The notes beneath the pieces are model-generated. The model was not told where the DNA came from, ran no database searches, and worked only from the letters and a program-made list of their open reading frames with translations. Of a stretch of DNA of 64,000 bases, positions 20,168-29,046 are shown piece by piece. Position 1 is the stretch's first letter. Every line of letters starts with the position of its first letter. The stretch covers positions 21,125-85,124 of the forward strand of contig JAHJIX010000013.1 of the NCBI GenBank assembly GCA_018823045.1. Direction: 5' to 3'. The position numbers and the translations under genes were made by a program. The DNA is from Patescibacteria group bacterium (lineage in GTDB: Bacteria; Patescibacteriota; Patescibacteriia; Magasanikbacterales; UBA922).

Positions 20168-21769
20168 CTATATGGAAAACTCTTCTTGTGTATCTAATAA
20201 TCCCTCTATTGCTAACATTGCATAATAAGCAGCATTTTTTATAATAGTAATATCACCCAAATATCGTCTATAAAAAGTTAATCCTTGATAATTATCTCGA
20301 TTCCTATTAGATTTACGAATTCTTTCAAGACTATCTTCAATTATTCCATCATGTAAGGGTGAAAAATATTCAAAATCAAATCCAAAAATTTCTAACTGTG
20401 GCCTACCCTCTAAAATATTAATTTTAAAAGCAAAACCATCATGATCTCTGTTTTCAAAACCATTCTTTATAATAGTTTCATCCCTCAATGCTTCTAACTT
20501 ATTTTGCATTCTTATAGATTTTATCAAAGCAAAGTCATTAAAAGTAAGTTCTTGTATAGAAGTTTCTTTTCTCAAACCTAACCACTTAAGTAAAGATTTT
20601 AAAGAAGATTCTGTATTTCTGTAACTATATTTTAAAACTCTCGGATGTTCTACAAATGTTTTAGCCATTTCTCTAATAACATTAAACTCATCCTCATACA
20701 TTTCCCTATTTTCCAAAATTTCTTGAGATAATTGTTGTATAGCAGAACCATCTTCTATCAAGCCTTCAGTATATTCAAATACCGTAAATTGAAAACCATC
20801 TAAAAAAGTAACTGTAGCTACAGGACTTTCCCAGTTAAGCTTAATATCTCCTTGCTCTATAACAGCATTCTCTTGAAAATATTCAGCTACTTGAAATTCT
20901 TGTAAAGAAGTTATACCTGGTTTATGTCCATGTCTCATTGTATCCTTATGTCTTGCTGTTTTTTTCTCTTTTAAAATATACTTCGAAGAACCGACAAGAA
21001 GCTCATAAACTCTATCTTTAATCTGTCTTCTTTTCTTCCAATTTTGAGGATTTAATAATTCTTGCCTTTTTGTTTCATTCTCAATATTAAGAGTTATTGT
21101 TGTGCCACTTGGCAATACAAATTCATTTTCATTCATCATTTCGATATCTTGTCCATCACTCAAAACCTCAGCTTGCAATGCAAGCAATTTCACTTCCCGA
21201 GCAAAACGATATCTTTGAGTTATTATCAATCTTTCTGAAGCAGTAATCCCATGCAAAAAAACACCCGAATCAACAATCCTCTTTAATTCCTCATAAAATT
21301 CTGGAGTATATTGATTATCATGCCCTTGTAAAAGATATTTAATAGTAGACTCTAAATTATGTAGCTGTGGGGCATTACTAATATCAGGAACTACTTCCTC
21401 ATCTGGAACAGGTGCTAACTCCAAAAAGTCTCCTATTTGCTCTTTATACCTTTCTAATAATCTTGCAATTCTTTCATTAGAAGACAGGGCCTCTAAAAAC
21501 GCCCCTGATAATGATTCATCTACTGGTAAGTCAATAAATCTTTTAGCGATCTCTCGTACTTCTGGAACACTTAATATTTCCCTACGAGCAGCTTCAGTTA
21601 ACAAAAGCCATTGTCGATTTAATTCTTTATATGAATATTTGCTTGCAGATTCTCCATCTAATACAGGAACTCGTATTTCTATATCATCAATTGAAAGTTC
21701 TTCAGCAACCTCTGTACTCACTGGCGTTTCTGAAGCAGGTGTAAAAGTTGAAGATTCTCTTCTTTCCAT
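20168..21769 (-). CDS. hypothetical protein, 533 aa, acidic N-terminal region; no recognisable domain
   Basis: Long intact ORF flanked by terminators and sited beside tRNA-Asn. Confidence 0.5.
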   Translation of the reverse strand: MERRESSTFTPASETPVSTEVAEELSIDDIEIRVPVLDGESASKYSYKELNRQWLLLTEAARREILSVPEVREIAKRFIDLPVDESLSGAFLEALSSNERIARLLERYKEQIGDFLELAPVPDEEVVPDISNAPQLHNLESTIKYLLQGHDNQYTPEFYEELKRIVDSGVFLHGITASERLIITQRYRFAREVKLLALQAEVLSDGQDIEMMNENEFVLPSGTTITLNIENETKRQELLNPQNWKKRRQIKDRVYELLVGSSKYILKEKKTARHKDTMRHGHKPGITSLQEFQVAEYFQENAVIEQGDIKLNWESPVATVTFLDGFQFTVFEYTEGLIEDGSAIQQLSQEILENREMYEDEFNVIREMAKTFVEHPRVLKYSYRNTESSLKSLLKWLGLRKETSIQELTFNDFALIKSIRMQNKLEALRDETIIKNGFENRDHDGFAFKINILEGRPQLEIFGFDFEYFSPLHDGIIEDSLERIRKSNRNRDNYQGLTFYRRYLGDITIIKNAAYYAMLAIEGLLDTQEEFSI

Positions 21770-21879
21770 ATAATTGTATTAAAAAAATAATCAATACTAT
21801 TATAATAACACATCCTTAGATTTAAATCTAAAGTAAAGGATGGATGAATACACTCAATGCACAAAATATAACAGGCAAT

Positions 21880-22596
21880 CTAGACACCCCCAAAGTAAAT
21901 ATCTTTTATTTTTTTACTTTTCAATATCTCTTTACCACCTACTAAAGCAACCGTTCCGTTCTCTAAGATATATGTCTTGTCAGCTATCTCCACAGCTTGT
22001 TTAGCATTTTGTTCAACCAAAATCACTGTTACTCCTCGTTTATTTATTTCAACTATTTTGGCAAAAACCTCTTTCATCATCTTGGGCGATAATCCTAAAG
22101 ATGGCTCATCTAATAGTAATAATTCAGGATTTTGAATTAAACTTCGTGCAATTGCTAACATTTGCTGTTGACCACCACTTAATGTTGCTGCATTTTGATT
22201 TTGTTTTTGTTTTAATATTGGAAACTTCCTATAAATATCCTCAATATTTTTGTTTATTAGTTCTTTCTCCTTAAACACAAAAGCCCCCATTTCTAAATTT
22301 TCTTTTACTGTCATATTCGTGAAAACTTGTCTCCCTTGCGGTACATAACTTATTCCAAAGTTAATTAAATCGTAGGTTGGAAGCTTTTTGATATTCTTAT
22401 CTTTAAAAAATATTTTTCCACTATTAATATCACACAAATTAAAAATACTTTTAAGTAAGGTTGATTTACCAGCACCATTAGGACCAATTATCGCTGTTAT
22501 TTCACCTGCAGCAAAAGACATGTCAATCTCCTTGATGACTTGACTCTTATTGTATCCTGATTGTAAATTTTTAATTTTTATCATATTATCCTTCAC
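21880..22596 (-). CDS. livF: branched-chain amino acid ABC transporter ATP-binding protein LivF
   Basis: Walker A GPNGAGKST; signature LSGGQQQMLAIARSL. Confidence 0.9.
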   Translation of the reverse strand: MKDNMIKIKNLQSGYNKSQVIKEIDMSFAAGEITAIIGPNGAGKSTLLKSIFNLCDINSGKIFFKDKNIKKLPTYDLINFGISYVPQGRQVFTNMTVKENLEMGAFVFKEKELINKNIEDIYRKFPILKQKQNQNAATLSGGQQQMLAIARSLIQNPELLLLDEPSLGLSPKMMKEVFAKIVEINKRGVTVILVEQNAKQAVEIADKTYILENGTVALVGGKEILKSKKIKDIYFGGV

Positions 22597-23335
22597 CTAA
22601 ATAAGCTTTCAAAACTTGTTTATTGTTCTTTATCTGCTTAGGAGTTCCTTCAGTTAAAACACTACCTTGATCCAGCACAATAACTCTATCTGCAATTCCA
22701 AGTGTAAAAGCCATATCATGTTCAATAAGCAATATCGTCTCTCCTTGTTTTTTCAAATCAAGAAGAATCTCTGATATTTTAGTTCGTAATTTAGGAGAAA
22801 CCCCAGCAACAGGTTCATCCAGCATTAAAAAGGAATGCGGATTAAGAATTGTTCGTCCTAATTCTATCAATCTTTTCTGACCATAACTTAAATCTTTAGC
22901 TAACACATTTTTAGTTTTTTTCATTCCTAACATTTCTAAAATCTTTTTAACTTTCTGAATTTTATCAGTCTGTTTAGGAGTTTTTGAAAACAAATTAAAC
23001 CAAAACTTAGTATCAGTATTATCTAATGCAAGTAATAAATTATCTTCTACTGTTAGATTTTCAAATAACCTTGCCTTTTGGAACAATCTTGATATACCAG
23101 CATTAGATACTTCTTCAGGAAGTGAATTTGTAATATCTTTCTGATCAAAAAAGATTTTCCCTGTATCAGGTTTTATTACACTAGAAATCAAGTTAAACAA
23201 CGTTGATTTACCAGCCCCATTTGGACCTATTAAAGCAGTAATGGTATTGGGTTCAACCTTAAATGAGCAATTATTTACTGCCTTTACACCTCCAAAGTTT
23301 TTACTTATTTTTTTTATTTTAAGCATATTATTCAA
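22586..23335 (-). CDS. livG: branched-chain amino acid ABC transporter ATP-binding protein LivG
   Basis: Walker A GPNGAGKST; LSYGQKRLIELGR signature. Confidence 0.9.
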   Translation of the reverse strand: MNNMLKIKKISKNFGGVKAVNNCSFKVEPNTITALIGPNGAGKSTLFNLISSVIKPDTGKIFFDQKDITNSLPEEVSNAGISRLFQKARLFENLTVEDNLLLALDNTDTKFWFNLFSKTPKQTDKIQKVKKILEMLGMKKTKNVLAKDLSYGQKRLIELGRTILNPHSFLMLDEPVAGVSPKLRTKISEILLDLKKQGETILLIEHDMAFTLGIADRVIVLDQGSVLTEGTPKQIKNNKQVLKAYLGEG

Positions 23336-24209
23336 GACTAACTTTACCGTAAAATCCTTTGGGCCTATACATTAAAATCAGTAATAACACCAAAGCATAT
23401 ATAATTTGCCTAACTGGGCCAACTACTGAAGACGAGAAACCAATAAAACGCAATGGCTCCGGCAATAAAACTAAAACAATCGTTGCAAGCACTGTTCCTT
23501 TAAGTGATGCAATTCCACCTATAATAACAATTGATAATATAGGAATTATCTGCATAAAACCAAAAGAAGAAGGATCAATAAAGCTTATATAGTGAGCGTA
23601 TAAACTACCGGCAATACCAGCAAAAAAGGCAGAAACAGCGAGACTATAACTCTTTATTTTAAAAGTATTCTTACCTAAAGTTCTCACAGCCAATTCATCA
23701 TCTCTAATAGCTTCTAAAACCTTTCCAAATGGTGATTTTACTATTTTATTAATAATTGCGTATGAAAAAACAGCAATAATACTGACAAAAAATAAATAGG
23801 ATGCATTACTTTTTATTTGCAAAATTCCTAAATCAGGTTTAGGAATACCAGCTAATCCTAAAGCCCCATTTGTTAAATCAGTCCAATTTAAGGCGATAGC
23901 ATATATGACAAAAGTAAATCCTAAAGTAGCCAATGCTAAATAATCCCCCTTTAGCTTATTTGTTGGGAACGCAAGCAAGTACCCAAATAGAGCACTCACA
24001 ATACCAGCCATTAAAAATGAAACAATAAAAGGCACACCATTTAATGTGAGTAATGCTGAAGTGTAAGCACCTATTGCATAAAATGCTATGTGACCTAAAT
24101 TAAGTAATCCTGTATAACCTAAAGCTAACTGCAATGATAAACACAGAATTAAATAAATTCCTATTAAAATTAAGAGATGAATAATATAAGCTGATAACAT
24201 AATTTCCAA
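23328..24209 (-). CDS. livM: branched-chain amino acid ABC transporter permease LivM
   Basis: 293-aa polytopic permease, overlapping coupling with livG. Confidence 0.85.
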   Translation of the reverse strand: MEIMLSAYIIHLLILIGIYLILCLSLQLALGYTGLLNLGHIAFYAIGAYTSALLTLNGVPFIVSFLMAGIVSALFGYLLAFPTNKLKGDYLALATLGFTFVIYAIALNWTDLTNGALGLAGIPKPDLGILQIKSNASYLFFVSIIAVFSYAIINKIVKSPFGKVLEAIRDDELAVRTLGKNTFKIKSYSLAVSAFFAGIAGSLYAHYISFIDPSSFGFMQIIPILSIVIIGGIASLKGTVLATIVLVLLPEPLRFIGFSSSVVGPVRQIIYALVLLLILMYRPKGFYGKVSLE

Positions 24210-25097
24210 TTAAATAATTTTGCCTGAAAAATCTTTTTTACCCAATATTCCTTGTGGTCTCAGTATCAAGAACATAAATAATACAATAAAAGCAATAGCG
24301 TCTTTATAGCCTGAAGGCAAAAACCAAATACCTAAGACTTCAATCAATCCTAATAGAAACGCTCCAATAATTGCACCTGGGACACTCCCAATACCACCAA
24401 TTATTGAGCCCGTAAATCCTTTGATTATTAAATTTGTCCCCATAACTGGATCTAGATTTTGCTCCATACTTATTAAAACCCCTGCAATACCTGCTACAGA
24501 AGAACCAATTATAAAACTCCAAGCATAAATTTGCTTTGATGAAATTCCAACTATTTCCGCGACATCTTTGTTGTTTGAAACGGCCCTCATTGCTTTGCCT
24601 AATTTTGTTTTTTTCATAAACAGCAATAGGCCCAAGAATAGAATTATAGCAGTGAATATTATTACAATTTGAAGTGGTGTAATCATTGCACCAAAAATAT
24701 TAATTCCAATACTACCTTCAAGAAAGTCGATTGTTTTAACACTCGGCCCAAAGAATAATAAGATTAATGACTCCAACAAGATAAGCAAGGCAACACTTGC
24801 AATCAATAAGATAACACTGCTCGCCTTTCTTTTTCTCATTGTTTTATAAACAAATTCATTCACAATCCAACCTAAACATCCAGCAAATATTATTGTAAAA
24901 ATTACAGATAAGCAAAAATTAATCCCCAAAAATGCAAACATTACATACAAAAAATATCCGGCAAAAGTCACAACTACTCCGTGAGCAAAATGAATAAATT
25001 TATTTGTTGAATAGATTAACGAAAAACCAGATGCAACTAATGCATATATGGCCCCTGCAATTAAACCATTCAATAATAGTTGGATAAAAATTGACAT
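24210..25097 (-). CDS. livH: branched-chain amino acid ABC transporter permease LivH
   Basis: 295-aa permease, adjacent to livM. Confidence 0.85.
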   Translation of the reverse strand: MSIFIQLLLNGLIAGAIYALVASGFSLIYSTNKFIHFAHGVVVTFAGYFLYVMFAFLGINFCLSVIFTIIFAGCLGWIVNEFVYKTMRKRKASSVILLIASVALLILLESLILLFFGPSVKTIDFLEGSIGINIFGAMITPLQIVIIFTAIILFLGLLLFMKKTKLGKAMRAVSNNKDVAEIVGISSKQIYAWSFIIGSSVAGIAGVLISMEQNLDPVMGTNLIIKGFTGSIIGGIGSVPGAIIGAFLLGLIEVLGIWFLPSGYKDAIAFIVLFMFLILRPQGILGKKDFSGKII

Positions 25098-25165
25098 ATT
25101 ATTATATTTTTAAAAAGAAAAGGACTCGAATATAGAACCCTTTTCTTTTTTTATAAATATGAATA

Positions 25166-26299
25166 TTATTTTGATCGAATCAAACTCCATTTGTTATCAA
25201 CAAATTCATATACATCATTGCCCAATTGTAACGCTCGGTCTTCAAACCCACTCGAATTAATTATTCCACTTCCTACACCATCATATTTTTTTAGCCCCTC
25301 AAATATACATTCTTTATCACCCGCACGACATTGTTCAAAAACATCTTTTAAGATAATCATTTGATCATATCCAATCATTGAATACGTAAGAACAATCCCC
25401 TCAGCTTTTTCATACTTCTGATTATATTTATCAGCAAACTCAGATTCAGGCAATGATTCAGGATCTACAAAATCAACACTCAATACATTTCCTTTTAACT
25501 TAGATGCTTTACTTGCTAAGCTCTCATTAAAAATACATTCTGAGGCAGTAGCACAGAAAAATGACATATCAAGCCCTAATTCATTTATTTGGTCAAACAT
25601 TTCAATATACTCAAAATCAATTCCAACAGTAAGTAATGCATCTACACCATCTTGTTTTGCTTTTAACAAGTGAGTTCTATAATCTTTTTCACCAAACTCA
25701 TACCAGTATTCTGAAATATCTAACTCAGCCTTTTTTGCTCCCTCAAGACAAAACTCATTATACCCAGTCTTTGACATGAGAACGCCAAGTTTTTTGTACT
25801 GGCTATTTTCTTTTGCATATCTAATTAAATCTTCACAACCAGTGAGAGAGTCAAAATTAATTTTGAACGTATAAGGATTGTCTAACACACTTCTAGCAAA
25901 AGACGCTGTGATTAAAGGAGTCTCTGCATTTTCTGAAATTGGATTCATTGCAATTGCTGAAATATGAAATAATGTAGTTAAAACATCTGGATTTTCAGTA
26001 TCAATGAGAAAATTGGCAGCAGTTGCACTTTTACCAGTATTCATACTGTCATCTTCAACTACTAGCTTTATGTTTTTCCCATTAATCCCCCCTTGTGCAT
26101 TAATTTCTTCAACAGCAAGTTCCATTCCTTGTACCCAAGGTTTTCCTAAACTAGCTCCTGGCCCAGATAAAGATGTTACTACACCTACTGTATATGTTTC
26201 ATCTTTATTTGTTTTGTTTTCATTTGCTATCAAGGATACTGCAATTATGATTACAACAGCAATTACCCCTATTAATATGCTTTTTTTCTTGTTGTTCAT
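25166..26299 (-). CDS. livK: Leu/Ile/Val-binding periplasmic substrate-binding protein
   Basis: 377 aa, signal/TM anchor, type I periplasmic-binding fold, first gene of the liv operon. Confidence 0.8.
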   Translation of the reverse strand: MNNKKKSILIGVIAVVIIIAVSLIANENKTNKDETYTVGVVTSLSGPGASLGKPWVQGMELAVEEINAQGGINGKNIKLVVEDDSMNTGKSATAANFLIDTENPDVLTTLFHISAIAMNPISENAETPLITASFARSVLDNPYTFKINFDSLTGCEDLIRYAKENSQYKKLGVLMSKTGYNEFCLEGAKKAELDISEYWYEFGEKDYRTHLLKAKQDGVDALLTVGIDFEYIEMFDQINELGLDMSFFCATASECIFNESLASKASKLKGNVLSVDFVDPESLPESEFADKYNQKYEKAEGIVLTYSMIGYDQMIILKDVFEQCRAGDKECIFEGLKKYDGVGSGIINSSGFEDRALQLGNDVYEFVDNKWSLIRSK

Positions 26300-26426
26300 A
26301 GTATGTTTATTTAATTAATTACCTATTACTATAGCACATTTTATCTGTTTTGTCAAGTCTTTTGTCATAATGCGCTATTTTATTTTATGAATATTTACGC
26401 TATTTTTATGCTAATTACAGGCATTC

Positions 26427-26455
26427 TTGACAAACACGCTCGCGTATAGTATACT
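26427..26455 (+). promoter_or_regulatory. sigma70-type promoter (TTGACA-17-TATACT) for the TrmB-family regulator
   Basis: TTGACA 26427-26432; TATACT 26450-26455. Confidence 0.55.
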
Positions 26456-26495
26456 ATATTTGACGATTTAATCGACAAAATAATTAACAAAACAT

Positions 26496-27239
26496 ATGCT
26501 TATAACTGAATATTTAGAAAAAATTGGACTTAGTAAAAAAGAAGCAAAAGTATACCTTGCTAATCTTGAATTAGGCCCCTCTTCTATAGCCCTTATTGCT
26601 TCACGTTCTGGTGTCAAACGAACAACAGTTTACGAAGTAATGAAATCATTAAAAGAAAAGCAATTAGTTTCCATTACTGGAAAAGGGAAAAAAATACTAT
26701 ATATAACGACAGAACCAGAAAAAATCAAAACGATACTAGAACAACAAATGACATTGTTTAGTGATATTCTTCCACAATTACGATCACTTTCAAAAACAGC
26801 GCGCAAACGCCCTACGATTCAAGTATTTGAAGGAATTGAGGGGCTCTATTCTATCTATGAAGATATTATAAAAGAAAAAAAGCAACTATGTTCTATTGTA
26901 GCTTTTTCAAAAATGCAATCTGATCTTTCAAAAAAAATTGCAGAAGAATTCGTAAAAGATCGTGTGAAGCATAATATATTTGCACAAGTTATTGCACCAG
27001 ATTCAAAAACTTCTATTGAATGGCAAAAAATTGATAAACAATCTGCACGAGAAATGCGCTTAATTGATAAAGAAAAATATCCATTTTCAATTGAAATTTC
27101 AATATATGGAAATAAAACAGCCTTTATTTCTTTCAAAGAAAATGAACTTTTTGGAGTAATTATTCAATCAGCAGAAATTACAAAAACCATGAAATTAATG
27201 TTTACGTTTTTTTGGGCATCACTCGGAAAACAAAAGTAA
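26496..27239 (+). CDS. TrmB-family transcriptional regulator
   Basis: N-terminal HTH LGLSKKEAKVYLANLELGPSSIALIASRSGVKRTTVYEVMKSL typical of TrmB. Confidence 0.75.
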   Translation: MLITEYLEKIGLSKKEAKVYLANLELGPSSIALIASRSGVKRTTVYEVMKSLKEKQLVSITGKGKKILYITTEPEKIKTILEQQMTLFSDILPQLRSLSKTARKRPTIQVFEGIEGLYSIYEDIIKEKKQLCSIVAFSKMQSDLSKKIAEEFVKDRVKHNIFAQVIAPDSKTSIEWQKIDKQSAREMRLIDKEKYPFSIEISIYGNKTAFISFKENELFGVIIQSAEITKTMKLMFTFFWASLGKQK

Positions 27240-27260
27240 TAATACTAAATGACAAAAATT

Positions 27261-27288
27261 AAAAACAGCCATATATATGGCTGTTTTT
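27261..27288 (+). terminator. intrinsic terminator of the trmB-like gene
   Basis: aaaaacagcc-atatatat-ggctgttttt. Confidence 0.7.
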
Positions 27289-27307
27289 AATTACTTTTCC
27301 TAAAATC

Positions 27308-27592
27308 CTATTTCCCAGACTTATTATTCCGTGTTCCCAGGCTTCGCTTTCTTGCCGCACCTGCGATACTTGTTGGTTTGGGTTTAAAGCCAATATTATT
27401 TTTGCTGTTACTACTAAGGTATCCCTTATTAGCAGTATCCTTACCCTCTTTTGGATTTCCATCCTTTGTTTCTTGTTGTCTTTGTTTTTTAAGAATTTGG
27501 CTTAACATAGATATATTTAATATAATTACATGTATAGAAACTACCATATATCTGTCGATTAGTAAAGGGGTAAGCGGTTTGTATCTTTTCAC
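27308..27592 (-). CDS. hypothetical small membrane/basic-tail protein (possible)
   Basis: 94-aa ORF overlapping the radical-SAM stop by 4 nt (ATGA coupling); N-terminal hydrophobic segment, K-rich tail. Confidence 0.3.
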   Translation of the reverse strand: MKRYKPLTPLLIDRYMVVSIHVIILNISMLSQILKKQRQQETKDGNPKEGKDTANKGYLSSNSKNNIGFKPKPTSIAGAARKRSLGTRNNKSGK

Positions 27593-28416
27593 TCCCGAAA
27601 AAGTACCCGTCCCTCTACTCCTTCCGCTCTACAAATTTTTTCAATCTCTGGTCTAAGCTTTTTCCAATAGTCGGTTTTTGAAAAATAAATCTTTTCATAC
27701 TTTAAAAGCAAATGTGGCCGTTCTTTTTTTAGCCAATCTTTTACCCCTGGCCATATCATCCCACGAATATTCAAACCATCAAACATATAAAAATTTACCG
27801 CATGCTTTGTCTTTTTTATTATAGTCTTCCAGTCTGTGAGATAAGGAAAGATTGGCGCCACAAAAACATAGGTTTTTATCCCCAAAGAAGAGAGCTCTTC
27901 AAGTACTTTTATTTTTTCTTCAAAAGAAGAGGCTCCTGACTCAATTTGTTTTCTTGCGATTTCAGAAGTAGTCGTAATTGATATACCTACTTGGCAATCC
28001 TTGAACTGCAAAAACAGGTCAGCATCTCTTAATACTAATTTTGACTTAGTAAGAATATTTAATCTTGGCTCAAGAGGAATAAGCTTTTCCAAAGTTTTTC
28101 GAGTCACTTCATACTTTTTTTCTATTGGCATGTACGGATCGGTAACAGAAGAAAAAGAAATCAGTTTATTTTTATACTTATCACTTTTTGTTGGTACTAA
28201 ATCTGGGGCATTTATCTTCACATCAACAAATCTCCCCCATTCTTCCTCATGGCCACTAAACTTTTTCATATAACTGGCATAGCAATAAGAACAGGCATGC
28301 GTGCAGCCTACATAAGGGTTGATAACATAATCTATCGTCGGAATTTTTGATGGACTGATTATTGATTTTGCTTGTATTTCTTTTATTATCATTTTGGAGG
28401 AGAATGAAAAAAACAA
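27589..28416 (-). CDS. radical SAM protein, SplB/DNA-repair-photolyase-like (COG1533 family)
   Basis: CxxxCxxC cluster motif VINPYVGCTHACSYCYA; 275 aa. Confidence 0.75.
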   Translation of the reverse strand: MFFSFSSKMIIKEIQAKSIISPSKIPTIDYVINPYVGCTHACSYCYASYMKKFSGHEEEWGRFVDVKINAPDLVPTKSDKYKNKLISFSSVTDPYMPIEKKYEVTRKTLEKLIPLEPRLNILTKSKLVLRDADLFLQFKDCQVGISITTTSEIARKQIESGASSFEEKIKVLEELSSLGIKTYVFVAPIFPYLTDWKTIIKKTKHAVNFYMFDGLNIRGMIWPGVKDWLKKERPHLLLKYEKIYFSKTDYWKKLRPEIEKICRAEGVEGRVLFRE

Positions 28417-28440
28417 AGATGTAGATTATTTGAATATTTT

Positions 28441-29037
28441 TTATTCCTCTAATTCTATCCTTCGACGACGTTCATCAAGAGTCTCCCCTTCATACATCCA
28501 ATACACTGTTCCTTGTACTTGATATTGATATCCCAATAGCTTTTGTGCAGAAGCCGAAGGGCTTGTAATTTCTCCATCAAATTCAATCAATCGTTTATCA
28601 ACAACCTTTGCAGTTATATTTTCATCATTAACAAAAACAAGTTCAGCTCCAACAGGTATATTTGCCATTTTAAAATTAAAAACAGATCTTCTTGTACGTG
28701 CTTGATTGAGAGCTTGTTGATCTTCTACCGATTCTACATAATCTTGCTTTGGTGTAACATTTTCTATTTCTGCAAGTTTAAGTGCTGATACCACTCGTTC
28801 AGGAGACAATTCAAAGAACTCTCGATTTGATCGTACTCGTAAATCAAGAAAAGCATCATGAAGTTGTTTTTCTACAAATTGTGAATCACTCACAGTACAA
28901 GCATAAAAACACTCAAAAGGAAGAGGTACACTGGTATTATCAAGAGTACGGATTCGTTGTTCTAAGTTTGTTGTTCGTCCTATTTTGATATAGCCAGGCA
29001 TGGCTTCGTTTATGAGGAGGTAGATTATTTGGGGCAT
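28441..29037 (-). CDS. T5orf172 (GIY-YIG-like, MUG113) domain protein
   Basis: IYLLINEAMPGYIKIGRTTNLEQRIRTLDNTSVPLPFE matches the T5orf172 core; 10 nt downstream of res. Confidence 0.7.
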   Translation of the reverse strand: MPQIIYLLINEAMPGYIKIGRTTNLEQRIRTLDNTSVPLPFECFYACTVSDSQFVEKQLHDAFLDLRVRSNREFFELSPERVVSALKLAEIENVTPKQDYVESVEDQQALNQARTRRSVFNFKMANIPVGAELVFVNDENITAKVVDKRLIEFDGEITSPSASAQKLLGYQYQVQGTVYWMYEGETLDERRRRIELEE

Positions 29038-29046
29038 ATTATATAT

